Shown here piece after piece: positions 33,663 to 45,953 of a DNA stretch of 64,000 nucleotides (the stretch's first letter is position 1; the number at the start of each line of letters is the position of its first letter). The DNA lies in NCBI GenBank assembly GCA_002269645.1, contig NIVC01000373.1:62001-126000 (forward strand), written 5' to 3'. A model generated the notes under the pieces. The model made no database searches and was not told where the DNA came from. It worked only from the letters and a program-made list of their open reading frames with translations. Source of the stretch: Macrostomum lignano. Taxonomy: Eukaryota. The position numbers and the translations under genes were made by a program.

Positions 33663-36600
33663 TCAGGTCTTCTCTTCCTTAGCCAGCAGGTCCGCACCTG
33701 CGGCCCCAGCCTCCTCAGCTTCAACGGCTTCCAGTCTGCGGGAACGAATTGAAAAAAATGGACTATGATTTTAAACGAAATGTGTAGTAGGAGTGCAGTG
33801 AGTTGCGCTCACGGGCGTACCTGTTCGTGTTGATGAGGTCCTCGACCGAGTCGGGGATGGCGACGCCCCGGGTCTCCGGCACGGCGAAGGAAATCGCGGC
33901 GGCCAGGAAGGAGCTGCCGGCGAACACCGCGTAGGAGACGAGCGGCCCGAACTCGCCCGGGATGAAGTCGCGCTGAGGGCGGCGGATTGCCAAACATGTT
34001 TGCGATTTGCGACAGCCGCAACAGACTACTGACAACTGACAGCGAGTAGTAGTGCAAGTGGGGCATGAACTCACAATATTGCCGAGCAGCGGAGCGAACA
34101 GAGTGCCGAACCGGGCGCACATGGAGCTGGTGGACAGGCCGGAGCTGCGCATGTTGGTGGCGTACAGCTCCCCGGTCCAGATGTAGATGATGGCGAAGGC
34201 GGTGGAGTTGAGCATCTTGCCCAACAGAGACAACGCGATGACCAGCCAGGTGAGATCTGCAATGGCCACGCGGCTAGCAGTCAGATAAATTAAAAACAAT
34301 GCAGGTGTTCGCCAGTGGCAGTGAGCTGTGGTGCTGCCCCCCCCCCGTGATTGTCAGGTCGCTGCTCAGGCAATTTAGGCAGGAACCAGCAGGGATTCTG
34401 GGGAACACCCGCCAGCAACACAGACAGCGGCCGCCTACCCTTGGCCAGGTGGTTGGCGATCGCGAGGCCGACCAGCGCCAGGCCGGAGCCTCCGATGGCC
34501 CCGATGAAGGTGGTCTTCCGGCCCAGGCGGTCCGCGGCCAGGTGCATGATCAGGTAGGACGGCAAATCCACGATGCCGATGAGGCAGGAGGTCACGAAGA
34601 TGCTGCCCGGCAGGTTCTTGGCGCCCATTGAGATTCCGTAGTAGATTGCGGCCACCAGGAACCTGGGTGGGATTCCGGAGGCAGATGTTCTTGACATGGG
34701 GACTGAATCAGAGTCCCCTCTGCTCCGCTCCGACTCACCAGTCGATGCCGATGATGCCGTACCTCAGCAGCAGCCGGGGGCTCCTGGCCAGCAGCCCCAG
34801 CGACCGCCGCATCGAGTGCCGACCGTCCGACGCCGCTGTTTTGCCGTCGTCCTCCTCAGCGCCGCTGCCGCCGAGCAGCTCCTTGACGGCGGCGCTGGCC
34901 TGCTCGCCGGTTCGCCCGTTGTCCAGCAGCATCTGGCGGACGATGCGGCCAGCGGCGCGTTTCCGGCCGCGCGACAGCAGCCAGCGCGGAGTCTCCGGCG
35001 CCATGCAGGGCAGGTGCACCAGCAGCAGCAGCGCGACGGTCGGCACCAGCGAGGCAATGGCATAGTTGCGCCAGGACCTGCGGAGCCGAGGGAGCAGCGG
35101 TTCAGTGCACTCTTGGGTGAACTGCTCAGCAGTGCAGTGTGGCTTGACAGGGCTTAAGGCAAATATTCATTGTTTAAGCAGTGACAGACCGCTTGCATTG
35201 CTGCTTGAGAAGCGAATTCTTTTGTCTGTTTTGATTTGTTTCACTAAAAGCAAAGCGCCAATGCCCATTGTTTTCCGTTGTTGCCATCTGTTTGCAGACG
35301 GCGGCTCAGCAACTACGAGAGGGATTCCCTATGGAAAAGATTTATTTCGCGCCCGAATTCTTAATCAGTGAGCCCTCCTCCATGGCTTGATCAGTGAGCC
35401 CTCCCTTCCCCATAGCTTGATCAGTGAGTGAGCCCTCCCTCATGGCTTGATCAGTGAGCCCTCCCTTCCCCATAGCTTGATCAGTGAGTGAGCCCTCCCT
35501 CATGGCTTGATTAGTGAGCCCTCCCTTCCCCATGGCTTGATCAGTGAGCCCTCCCTCATGGCTTGATCAGTGAGCCCTCCCTTCCCCATGGCTTGATCAG
35601 TGAGCCCTCACCCATGGCTTGATCAGTGAGCCCTCACCCATGGCTTGATCAGTGAGCCCTCCCTTCCCCATGGCTTGATCAGTGAGCCCTCCCTTCCCCA
35701 TGGCTTGATCAGTGAGCCCTCCCTTCCCCATGGCTTGATCAGTGAGCCCTCCCTTCCCCATGGCTTGATCAGTGAGCCCTCCCTTCCCCATGGCTTGATC
35801 AGTGAGCCCTCCCTTCCCCATGGCTTGATCAGTGAGCCCTCACCCATGGCTTGATCAGTGAGCCCTCCCTTCCCCATGGCTTGATCAGTGAGCCCTCCCC
35901 CATGGGCCCTTCCCCATGGCTTGATCAGTGAGCCCTCCCTTCCCCATGGCTTGATCAGTGAGCCCTCCCTTCCCCATGGCTTGATCAGTGAGCCCTCCCT
36001 TCCCCATGGCTTGATCAGTGAGCCCTCCCTTCCCCATGGCTTGATCAGTGAGCCCTCCCTTCCCCATGGCTTGATCAGTGAGCCCTCCCTTCCCCATGGC
36101 TTGATCAGTGAGCCCTCACCCATGGCTTGATCAGTGAGCCCTCCCTTCCCCATGGCTTGATCAGTGAGCCCTCCCTTCCCCATGGCTTGATCAGTGAGCC
36201 CTCCCTTCCCCATGGCTTGATCAGTGAGCCCTCCCTTCCCCATGGCTTGATCAGTGAGCCCTCCCTTCCCCATGGCTTGATCAGTGAGCCCTCCCTTCCC
36301 CATGGCTTGATCAGTGAGCCCTCCCTTCCCCATGGCTTGATCAGTGAGCCCTCCCTTCCCCATGGCTTGATCAGTGAGCCCTCCCTTCCCCATGGCTTGA
36401 TCAGTGAGCCCTCCCTTCCCCATGGCTTGATCAGTGAGCCCTCCCTTCCTCATGGCTTGATCAGTGAGCCCTCCCCCATGCAAGCTTAAGAGAAGGCTGG
36501 CTGGCTGCGTGCTCTGAACACTTGTGCTGTGCTGAGTCTGGAGTCCTGAGCCTCCCTGCTCAGAGCTGGTTCGAGTGGGACTTACAAATACTGCTAAAAC

Positions 36601-39069
36601 TGCACAAATTGTTTCCAAGAGAACTGGGTCTCACCGGGTCAGGTAGGCCACCAGAGCCACAATGGCAGTGCCGACCGACCAGCCGTAGCCGAAAGCCGCA
36701 GTCACGTGGTGCCGCGCCCTGGACCCCACCAACTCGAGGATCATGACGTACACGACGGTGGATGATGACAGCGCGCCCAAGCCGACGAAGAAGCGGACGG
36801 CGGCGGTGTAGGCGACGGAGACGGCGAACAGGCCGGCCAGCTGCGCCCCCGTCAGCAGCCACATCGTGACGATGAGGGTGACGCGCCGCCCCAGCCTGAG
36901 GATCGGGTCAGCAAGGCTTTGGATTGTCAACGTAGTCAGAAATTGAGGGCCGTGAAGCGGCTTATCAGCGTCGCCAAGGCGGCAAGGGCTGCTGAGCTCC
37001 TAGATAATTCTGTACTTTAAAAAATTGGCTCGCCAACGCGGTTGTCAGGAATGCGACTGGTGCGATTAGTGACATAAAAGGCTGCGCAAGTTGCGTAACG
37101 ATAGGTAAAATTCTCTTAGATTGCTATGGCAACACGGATATCTAATAAAACTGCACAAAAACCCCGCCCAGTGGGCGCCGGAGCCCGACACTTTCAGTTA
37201 AACAGAAGCCGGCCCAGAAACTCGAGAAGGGCCGGACTGACTAAAGGCTTCAGTAAGCCCCAGAAACTCGGGAAGGGCCGGACTGACTAAAGGCTTCAGT
37301 AAGCCCCAGAAACTCGGGAAGGGCCGGACTGACTAAAGGCTTCAGTAAGCCCCAGAAACTCGGGAAGGGCCGGACTGACTAAAGGCTTCAGTAAGCCTCG
37401 GACTTGAAGGGGCCAGCGGGTCGGCTCTCACCAGTCAGCCAGGAGGCCGGACAGCACGATTCCCACCAGGATGCCGGCGAAGCTGCAGGTTGAGATGACG
37501 GTTGCCCAGTGGCTGTTGTCGCAGACCAGGCCGAGCTGAAAATGATATAAAAAGAACGCAAAATTAGGACTTGAGGACACACACAGGCTCCAATTTTCCA
37601 GCTCTCGTGCGCTCTCTCGAGCATTGCTGCACGGCTGCTGAACTGGAGGCACCGCCAGGATTGCAGACACCTCAAGCCTCTGCCGGACTCACCTCGGTGA
37701 CCAGCGTGCTGTCGAACTCTTCCGTGTCGAAGACCCAGTCTGAGCAGGCCTGGAGGCTGTCGTTGACTCGAATGAAGCAGCGATGCTGTCGCAGATTCGT
37801 GTCGTTTGCGTCCAGCTCCGGCTGGAACTGCAGGATGCTGGCGTTGTGCTCGGAGCTCTGCGCCAGCAGGCTGTCGTTGGCGTGCCAGCCGGAGTCCTCG
37901 GGCAGGCGGCACCTGCGAAGCAGGGAGGATGAGCGATATTTTAAATCCAAGACCGACAGTCTAATCTGAGACCGACAGTCTAAATCCGAGACCGACAGTC
38001 TAAATCCGAGACCGACAGTCTAAATCTGAGACCGACAGTCTAAATCTGAGACCGACAGTCTAAATCTGAGACCGACAGTCTAAATCTGAGACCGACAGTC
38101 TTAATCTGAGACCGACAGTCTAAATCTGAGACCGACAGTCTAAATCTGAGACCGACAGTCTAAATCTGAGACCGACAGTCTAAATCTGAGACCGACAGTC
38201 TAAATCTGAAACCGACAGTCTAAATCTGAGACCGACAGTCTAAATAGACCGACAGTCTAAATCTGAGACCGACAGTCTAAATCTGAGACCGACAGTCTAA
38301 ATCTGAGACCGACAGTCTAAATCTGAGACCGACAGTCTAAATCTGAGACCGACAGTCTAAATCTGAGACCGACAGTCTAAATCTGAGACCGACAGTCTAA
38401 ATCTGAGACCGACAGTCTAAGTCTGAGACCGACAGTCTAAGTCTGAGACCGACAGTCTTAATCTGAGACCGACAGTCTAAATCTGAGACCGACAGTCTAA
38501 ATCTGAGACCGACAGTCTAAATCTGAGACCGACAGTCTAAATCTGAGACCGACAGTCTAATCTGAGACCGACAGTCTAAATCTGAGACCGACAGTCTACA
38601 TGTAAATCTGAGACCGACAGTCTAAGTCTGAGACCGACAGTCTAAATCTGAGACCGAAACCAAGAGGTTACTAAAAATGCTTAGTTAACTTGCGAAGGGC
38701 TCAGGGTGCTGGGTGAGCAGTGGTGCACAATGCTACTGACATCTAAGCAAGCACTCGCACACGGATGCGTACGCCGGCACAGGCTCACACAGGGTAAACT
38801 TGCTGTGCAATTGAAGGTCGGCTCTCAAGAACCGCACGACAAGCTGCAGGCCAAGTTTTGCGCGCATCTCGCTGCGACCCCCCCTTCCCTAAGCGACAAA
38901 GCCGACCCTGAGGCGCAACTCAGCCTGACCTGAACTGCGGCGGGTCGTACAGCACGTAGATGGGAGCCAGGATGTGGAAGGCGGCCAGCAGCGAGATGAG
39001 CACCGCAACGGCGGTCACCTTCAGCTGGAAGCGGCCGAAGTGGCTGTTCTGCTGAAACACTCGCTCCAT
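33663..39069 (-). CDS. SLC22-family (MFS) organic cation/anion transporter, copy A, about 564 aa; exons 39069-38930, 37912-37693, 37535-37432, 36895-36635, 35077-34739, 34662-34439, 34256-34075, 33972-33821, 33735-33663
   Basis: FGRFQ, C..W.FD..EFDSTLVTE|LGLVCD, LADW|LGRR, ELVG, PETPRWL, DRLGRK, WTGELYATNMRSSG, VPETRG are SLC22 signatures. All nine splice phases are consistent (1695 nt). Confidence 0.93.
35365..36478. repeat. 30-bp minisatellite (CCATGGCTTGATCAGTGAGCCCTCCCTTCC), about 37 copies, SLC22-A intron 4
   Basis: Direct tandem unit. Confidence 0.97.
37205..37395. repeat. 46-bp tandem repeat (about 4 copies), SLC22-A intron 3
   Basis: CAGAAACTC at 37215, 37261, 37307 and 37353. Confidence 0.93.
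37950..38658. repeat. 20-bp minisatellite (AGACCGACAGTCTAAATCTG), about 35 copies, SLC22-A intron 1
   Basis: Direct tandem unit. Confidence 0.97.
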
Positions 39070-40283
39070 GGCCAGCGAAGGCGATCAGGGGGCTTAGAGG
39101 GCGAGGCAGAGAAGAGAAACGAAAGAAAAAAGCGAAATAGCAGCCAGCCGCACTACTTATGCGATGAAAGGCCGGCATTGTTCGCCACCGGCTTTTCTCT
39201 GTCCCGCCGCCCAAACCCGCAGACAGCAGCAGGCTCGGTGATGCCAAACCCAAGTGCTACAATTTTACCATTGTGAGGCCGTCTCTCCTGTCGCGCTCTG
39301 CATTCTCTCCAGGGCCCGCTGCGTCACCCTCCCCATCACATCTACCCAGCCTCCTAGCAGATCTTGCAGCATGCGTTGGCTCCAATCCTGACTTTCCTCC
39401 GGACCATTTCTCAGTCTCAGCCCTCTGTCCCCTCCCTGACTGTCTCCAGGAGATCCTTCTCGTCCCTCAGCGCAATCGGCCGAGGCCTTGTCGTGCGATT
39501 CGCACCCTTGGGGGCCAACCCGAAGGCACAGAGAGTGTACATGTCGCACACAATTAGAAGGTCAGGGCCGCTGCGCACGCCTATCCGCGCGCTTGTGTGC
39601 TCATGCCGGTCAGCGCAGTCGGCAGAACTGCCTTAGCGCTGGTTGCGGGATGATGGCGCCGAAATCGCTGCAAAATTACTAGAATTCTCTGTTCCCAGCC
39701 ATAAAGCCAAGTTGAAAAGCAGTCAAGCAGGTGGTGCAGCCCTGCGTTTGCTGTGGGTCAGCCGTGCCGGCGCCACTTTGGACATTGTGGCGCTTTATTG
39801 TTGATGGTGGCCACGTCACGGGGCGGTGCACTTAAAAACTCTCAACAGGCAAGAGAACTCGGGCTGTTCTCAAGCCGAGCGTGCGGGCGCCTCATCTGCA
39901 CTCGTCGTATCCACCTTTTCTCTTTCCTCTCTTTAGTTTAAGCGGGCAGCTTACAAGGCAAGTCTACTCGCAAATGAAGCCGCTCGCACCTGAATAATGT
40001 TAGCCTCAGCTGCAATCGTGTAACAAGTGCGCGTCGGTAGTGAGTCCAAATAGACATTGTTCTGCTTTGATCTTTTTAATTGGAGCATGAGAATTTTCAA
40101 GCTTGATTTTGCAATCAGGAGCGGCTCCATGCAAGGGGCCGATTTAACTGCGAGGGCCGACAGTCAATCAGCTGGGCCTGAAAACAGGTATTCCGGTATT
40201 TCTGCCTGTAGAAGATCAGAACCAAGAACGAATTAACAGCACAGAACGTTGTACACTAGCAAAGGATGGCACAGATACGTTCT

Positions 40284-40501
40284 TTAATCTCTGCCTCGCG
40301 CTGGCTGACTCGGCGGGGGCCGCATGTGATTGGCTGGCATCAATGGGCCCCCTCTTATCTGTCCTTAATCTCTGCCTCGCGCTGGCTGACTCGGCGGGGG
40401 CCGCATGTGATTGGCTGGCATCAATGGGCCCCCTCTCCTTATCTGTCCTTAATCTCTGCCTCGCGCTGGCTGACTCGGCGGGGGCCGCATGTGATTGGCT
40501 G
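40284..40501. repeat. 81-84-bp tandem repeat (3 copies; the third is interrupted by the MULE-like element)
   Basis: TTAATCTCTGCCTCGCGC at 40284, 40365 and 40449; the unit resumes at 41049. Confidence 0.85.
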
Positions 40502-41048
40502 GGCTACCGGACATTTGCCCTCCGGCATTTGCCCTCCGGACATTTGCCCTCCGGCATTTCCCCTCCGGACATTTGCCCTCCGGACGTTTGCCCTCCGGAC
40601 ATTTGCCCTCGGGGACATTTGCCCTCGGGGACATTTCCCCTCCGGACATTTGCCCTCCGGACATTTCCCCTCTGGAAAAGTACAGGTAAGGCTGGGGATA
40701 GGGTAGGGCGCGGGTATATATTGCTTACTAGAAAAGGATGAGTTGTTGGCTGGAGAAGAACCTGATGGATGTAAGAGGCGGGAGGATGAGGTTGGTGCTG
40801 GAGGAACGACGGGTGGGTACAGGAGGAGGTGAGGTGAGTAATGTGCGAGGGGGTAAATTTGCAGAGGGCAAATGTGCGGAGGGGAAATGTCCGGAGGGCA
40901 AATGTCCGGAGGGCAAATGTCCGGAGGGCAAATGTCCGGAGGGGAAATGTCCCGGAGGGCAAATGTCCGGAGGGCAAACGCCGCCGAGGGGAAGTGCCGG
41001 AGGGCAAGTGCCGGAGGGGAAGTGCCGGAGGGCAAATGTCCGGAAGCG
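40502..41048. mobile_element. Non-autonomous Mutator-like/foldback element (547 bp) with a 9-bp TSD
   Basis: GATTGGCTG at 40493-40501 and 41049-41057. Termini GGCTACCGGACATTTG and (reverse complement) CGCTTCCGGACATTTG; arms are built from inverted 15-mers GGACATTTGCCCTCC. Confidence 0.8.
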
Positions 41049-41564
41049 GATTGGCTGGCATCAATGGGCCCCCTCAACTACAAGTGCGCCATCTTTCGGA
41101 GTTACAAGCGCCATCCGGTATGAGAAGACTCAAAAGAATTTAAACACTTTAACAACCAATTCAACAGAGTTCTGGGTCGGCACCAGAGCCTCTAGACAGC
41201 ACAATACGTAACCAATTCTGTAATTTTATCGCGGATCATACACTAACACGGAGGCACTGGATAGCAATGGATAGCAAAGCAGAAGTCAGAGGAACACAAG
41301 AAAGAAGCTGCACAATGGGGTGCAGTAAAAAGTTACAAGAGAAATTGAGCAACACAAGAAGACGCATTGGAGCCCGACTGAGTTCCCTCGGTCCGAGTTT
41401 CGAGTCCGCCGCCTGTCAGTCAGGCCTCCTCCGCCTTGGCCTTCGCCAGTAGCTGCCGGCCAGCGGCCTCCGCCACCCTGATCTCGTCCGTCTTCGGACT
41501 GCGGGGATATGCGGGGATATGCGGGGATAGAAAACCATTGGCATTAATGACGGCTTCCAATGCC

Positions 41565-41830
41565 CAACCTGCAACCTGCAACCTGCAACCTGCAATCTGC
41601 AACCTGCAATCTGCAACCTGCAATCTGCAACCTGCAACCTGCAACTTGCAACCTGCAACCTGCAACCTGCAACCTGCAACCTGCAACCTGCAACCTGCAA
41701 CCTGCAACCTGCAACCTGCAACCTGCAACCTGCAACCTGCAACCTGCAACCTGCAACCTGCAAACTGCAACCTGCAACCTGCAATCTACAACCTGCAGCC
41801 TGCAACCTACAACCTGCAACCTGCAACCTA
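41565..41830. repeat. 7-bp microsatellite (AACCTGC)n
   Basis: Direct tandem unit. Confidence 0.97.
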
Positions 41831-42494
41831 ATCTGCAATATTTTAGACTGAATCAGAGCTGCCACCAGGAAACCTTCAGACCTGCTCTACTCGCATTCGG
41901 AAACCAAGGACCACTAGAAGTTGCTGAGATGGGAATCTGAAACTGCGAAGACTAACTGTCGGATATGAACTCATTGTGGAGAGAGGCCGCCATCTACAGT
42001 TCAGGTACCAGTATACAGCGGTAACTGCTGGTAGTCCTTGTCTGACACCAGGGCACCAAAACTCCCATCGTAGGCCACGTTTGGCCCCATTGAGGGACCT
42101 CGCTGGGCCTCACCAGTCGAAGCAGACGATGCCGTACCGCAGCAGCAGCCGGAGGCTCCTGGCCAGCAGCCCCAGCGACCGCCGCATCGAGTGCCGACCG
42201 TCCGACGCCGTCGTTTTTCCGTCGTCCTTCTCGTCACCACTGTCGCCGAGCAACTCCTTGACGGCGGCTCTGGCCTGCTCGCCGGTTCGCCCGTTGTCCA
42301 GCAGCATCTGGTGGACGATGCGGCCGGCGGCGCGTTTCCGGCCGCGCGACAGCAGCCAGCGCGGAGTCTCCGGCGCCATGCAGGGCAGGTGCACCAGCAG
42401 CAGCAGCGCGACGGTCGGCACCAGCGAGGCGATGGCATAGTTGCGCCAGGACCTGCGGAGCCGAGGGAGCAGCGGGTCTTTGATCAACGGTTTA

Positions 42495-42640
42495 TGGGTC
42501 ACTGGGTCAGCAGGGGTCACCAACTGGCAATGACAGGACAGTCACCTGGTCAGCAGGGGTCACCAACAAGCAATGGCAGGACAGTCACCTGGTCAGCAGG
42601 GGTCACCATCTGGCAATGACAGGACAGTCACCTGGTCAGG
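42495..42640 (-). repeat. 43-bp tandem repeat containing the exon 4 donor junction of SLC22-B
   Basis: GTCACCTGGTCAG at 42541, 42584 and 42627 (minus strand CTGACCAG|GTGAC). Confidence 0.9.
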
Positions 42641-42974
42641 TAGGCCATCAGCGCGACCGCCGCGGTGCCGAGTGACCAGCTGTAGCCGAACACCGCAGCC
42701 ACATGGTGCCGCGCCTTCGGTCCAACGAACTCGAAGATCATGACGTACGCCACCGAATACGATGACAGCGCGCCCAGGCCGATCAGGAAGCGGACGGCGG
42801 CGGTGAAGGTGACGGAGACGGCGAACAGGCCGGCCAGCTGCGCCGCGACCAGCACCCAAATGGTGACGATGAGGCTGACCCGCCTGCCCAGCCTGCCAGG
42901 TGGTCAGGAGGGTTCGGTTTGCGTTGGACGGGTTTTGGAGCCGCGCCGAGTGATGATGCTGTCCGTGAGGCTTC

Positions 42975-43462
42975 AGGTCTCAGTCTCAAGGGTCAGGTCT
43001 CAGTCTCAGGAGTCAGGTCTCAGTCTCAAGGGTCAGGTCTCAGTCTCAGGGGTCAGGTCTCAGTCTCAGGAGTCAGGTCTCAGTCTCAGGGGTCAGGTCT
43101 CAGTCTCAGGAGTCAGGTCTCAGTCTCAGGGGTCAGGTCTCAGTCTCAGGGGTCAGGTCTCAGTCTCAGGGGTCAGGTCACAGTCTCAGGGGTCAGGTCT
43201 CAGTCTCAGGGGTCAGGTCTCAGTCTCAAGGGTCAGGTCTCAGTCTCAGGAGTCAGGTCTCAGTCTCAGGGGTCAGGTCTCAGTCTCAGGGGTCAGGTCT
43301 CAGTCTCAGGGGTCAGGTCTTAGTCTCAGGGGTCAGGTCTCAGTCTCAGGGGTCAGGTCTCAGTCTCAGGGGTCAGGTCTTAGTCTCAGGGGTCAGGTCT
43401 CAGTCTCAGGGGTCAGGTCTCAGTCTCAGGGGTCAGGTCTCAGTCTCAGGGGTCAGGTCTCA
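42975..43462. repeat. 20-bp minisatellite (GGTCAGGTCTCAGTCTCAGG), about 24 copies, SLC22-B intron 3
   Basis: Begins at +2 of the donor at 43463 on the minus strand. Confidence 0.96.
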
Positions 43463-44479
43463 CCAGTCAGCCAAGAAACCGGACAGCATGATTCCCCCCA
43501 GGATGCCGGCGAAGCTGCAGGTTGCGATGACGGTTGCCCAGTGGCGCTTCCGGCAGACAAGGCCGAGCTGCAGGGATTCAGGGCAGCAAGAAGGTGAAAC
43601 AAGACTGCTCAAAGGCTTGAGTTGTCAAGGCTCACGTGAGAAAATGCTGTGATTTTAAGGCCCTAGGGAATAGCTGAAATGCTGTGGCTCATGGGGTTGA
43701 TTTAAAGCTCAAAGGGGATCTGATATCATAGGCTAGCTCGTAAACAGCTGGCTTTCAGGGGATGCTTTTTGCTTTTAAATATAAATTTTCAGTATAATGG
43801 ATTTTCCTTAAGAGATAAACTCCAGTGCAGAACCGGCGCAGGCCGCTACCGGACTCACCTCGGTGACCAGCGTGCTGTCGAACTCTTCCGTGTCGAAGAC
43901 TCAGTCTGAGCAGGCCTGGAGGCTGTCGTTGACTCGGATGAAGCAGCGATGCTGTCGCAGGTTCGTGTCGTTTGCGTCCAGCTCCGGCTGGAACTGCAGG
44001 ATGCTGGCGTTGTGCTCGGAGCTCTGCGCCAGCAGGCTGTCGTTGGCGTGCCAGCCGGAGTCCTCGGGCAGGCGGCACCTGGGATGCGGGAAAGGATCAC
44101 GGAGTTGCAGAGTGAGCACTTAACACAAGGACAACTAAAGCAACGTACGCTCGTATATACAGGACGCGACACTCGAAATCTATGGAAAATGTTTTGAGAT
44201 TTTGGGGAGAAACTATCAGTGAGCACTTGTAGGAAGTACTGTGAGGCTTACGAGGCTCATAATCTCAGTTGAGTTTCATATTAGTATCCCAAACTGCCGT
44301 CACAGTCTATCTCTGAGCAAGTGCTCCTCTGTCTGTTTGTCTCTCTTACCCATAATGCTGTAGATGTGGCATGTATAGTAAACTTAATTACATCCGAAAT
44401 TAACTTGAGAGCCCCAGCTCTACATATAGATTTACGACTACTTAGAATTTTATATAAATGGTGAATTTCCTTGTCTACA

Positions 44480-44945
44480 CAGAACTTGTTTACTCTACAT
44501 ATCGGCAACTTGACCCCAGTGAACTTGTTTACTCTACATATCGGCAACTTGACCCCAGTGAACTTGTTTACTCTACATATCGGCAACTTGACCCCACAGA
44601 ACTTGTTTACTCTACATATCGGCAACTTGACCCCAGTGAACTTGTTTACTCTACATATCGGCAACTTGACCCCACAGAACTTGTTTACTCTACATATCGG
44701 CAACTTGACCCCAGTGAACTTGTTTACTCTACATATCGGCAACTTGACCCCAGTGAACTTGTTTACTCTACATATCGGCAACTTGACCCCAGTGAACTTG
44801 TTTACTCTACATATCGGCAACTTGACCCCAGTGAACTTGTTTACTCTACATATCGGCAACTTGACCCCAGTGAACTTGTTTACTCTACATATCGGCAACA
44901 TGACTCCACAGAATTTGTTTACTCTACATATCGGCAACCTGACTC
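44480..44945. repeat. 39-bp minisatellite, about 12 copies, SLC22-B intron 1
   Basis: GAACTTGTTTACTCTACATATCGGCAACTTGACCCCAGT, with 13-codon periodicity. Confidence 0.96.
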
Positions 44946-45953
44946 TGTTGTAATTGATGCTTCAACTTGTGGATCAATCTTATGAGCAAACATAGATTAA
45001 AAGAAAAAACCGAATTTTGATGCGCTCTACTACTAAAAGCATTGTGTGTGGGTGTAGAGATCACGAACCAGTTTGATTCAGTCATAAATGCGTCTGTAGA
45101 CACGGTGGCAAAATGACCCGCTCCCCGGCCAATCTACACAGAATTGCAGGAGTCTGTCTGCACTTTCCTCGACAGAGAACAAGCTGGTACTCCAGCCAGC
45201 CTTTCTGCCACAGAGAAATGAAACTGTAAGCTCAGTGGCGTAGCATAATAAGTACTCAGAGCCGAACTACTCAAATGGCAGGAAAAGTTTTGCTCTCTGC
45301 AGCTGGGCATTGTGCCGCCACCGGCTGGCAGCCCCCGGCCCCACCGTCCACCGCGCCGCTTAGTTTTGCGTCTTTGAGCTGGAGGGAATTCCCCGGATGG
45401 ATGTGAAGGTAGGCAATGGATGTTGGAAGGAAATTTCCATAGTATTCAAGGGGTTTCGCTGCACTTGCGCGCTCAGCACAGCTTCATGCCGCCACCTGTT
45501 GCTGCAGTGCCCCTCATCCAAATAGTTGAAAACTGCGTGACGGCCCGTCACGAATGAATTAACTGATTTTGACCTTCAGAGCGTTCTTAGAGTGCATGCT
45601 CCCCACGAGCAGTTGAAAGGATTAAAGTTGCTTTGTGCATAGAGCAGTCCATTCACACAGCTGCACCAAGGACTTCTTTGATAAATTTTTATCCTACGTA
45701 ATGCCCTGTGTACAAAGCGCGATAAAAAGATTCATAAAATGAGGGAGGGAGTCAAACTGTGTAATTTTAATGATTTTTAGTCACAGGACATGGAATTGAA
45801 GTAAGATGTTAAAGCAACATAGAATCCTACCAATCTCAAATATAGTTCTTGAGTTGCATAAGCAGCAGGTGTTAGCGCCTAATTATGCATGCAGTTTGAG
45901 CACAGCCAGTGCTCAGTAGCGGCTCACCTGTGCGGCGGGTCGTAGAGCACATA

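Noticed and set aside
35623-36618. 331-aa MGKGGLTDQA repeat protein
   Set aside because: It is the 30-bp array inside SLC22-A intron 4.
43901-43903. Selenocysteine or readthrough TGA in SLC22-B
   Set aside because: It replaces a Trp (TGG in copy A) in a gene with several other disabling lesions, so a simple nonsense mutation is the simpler explanation.
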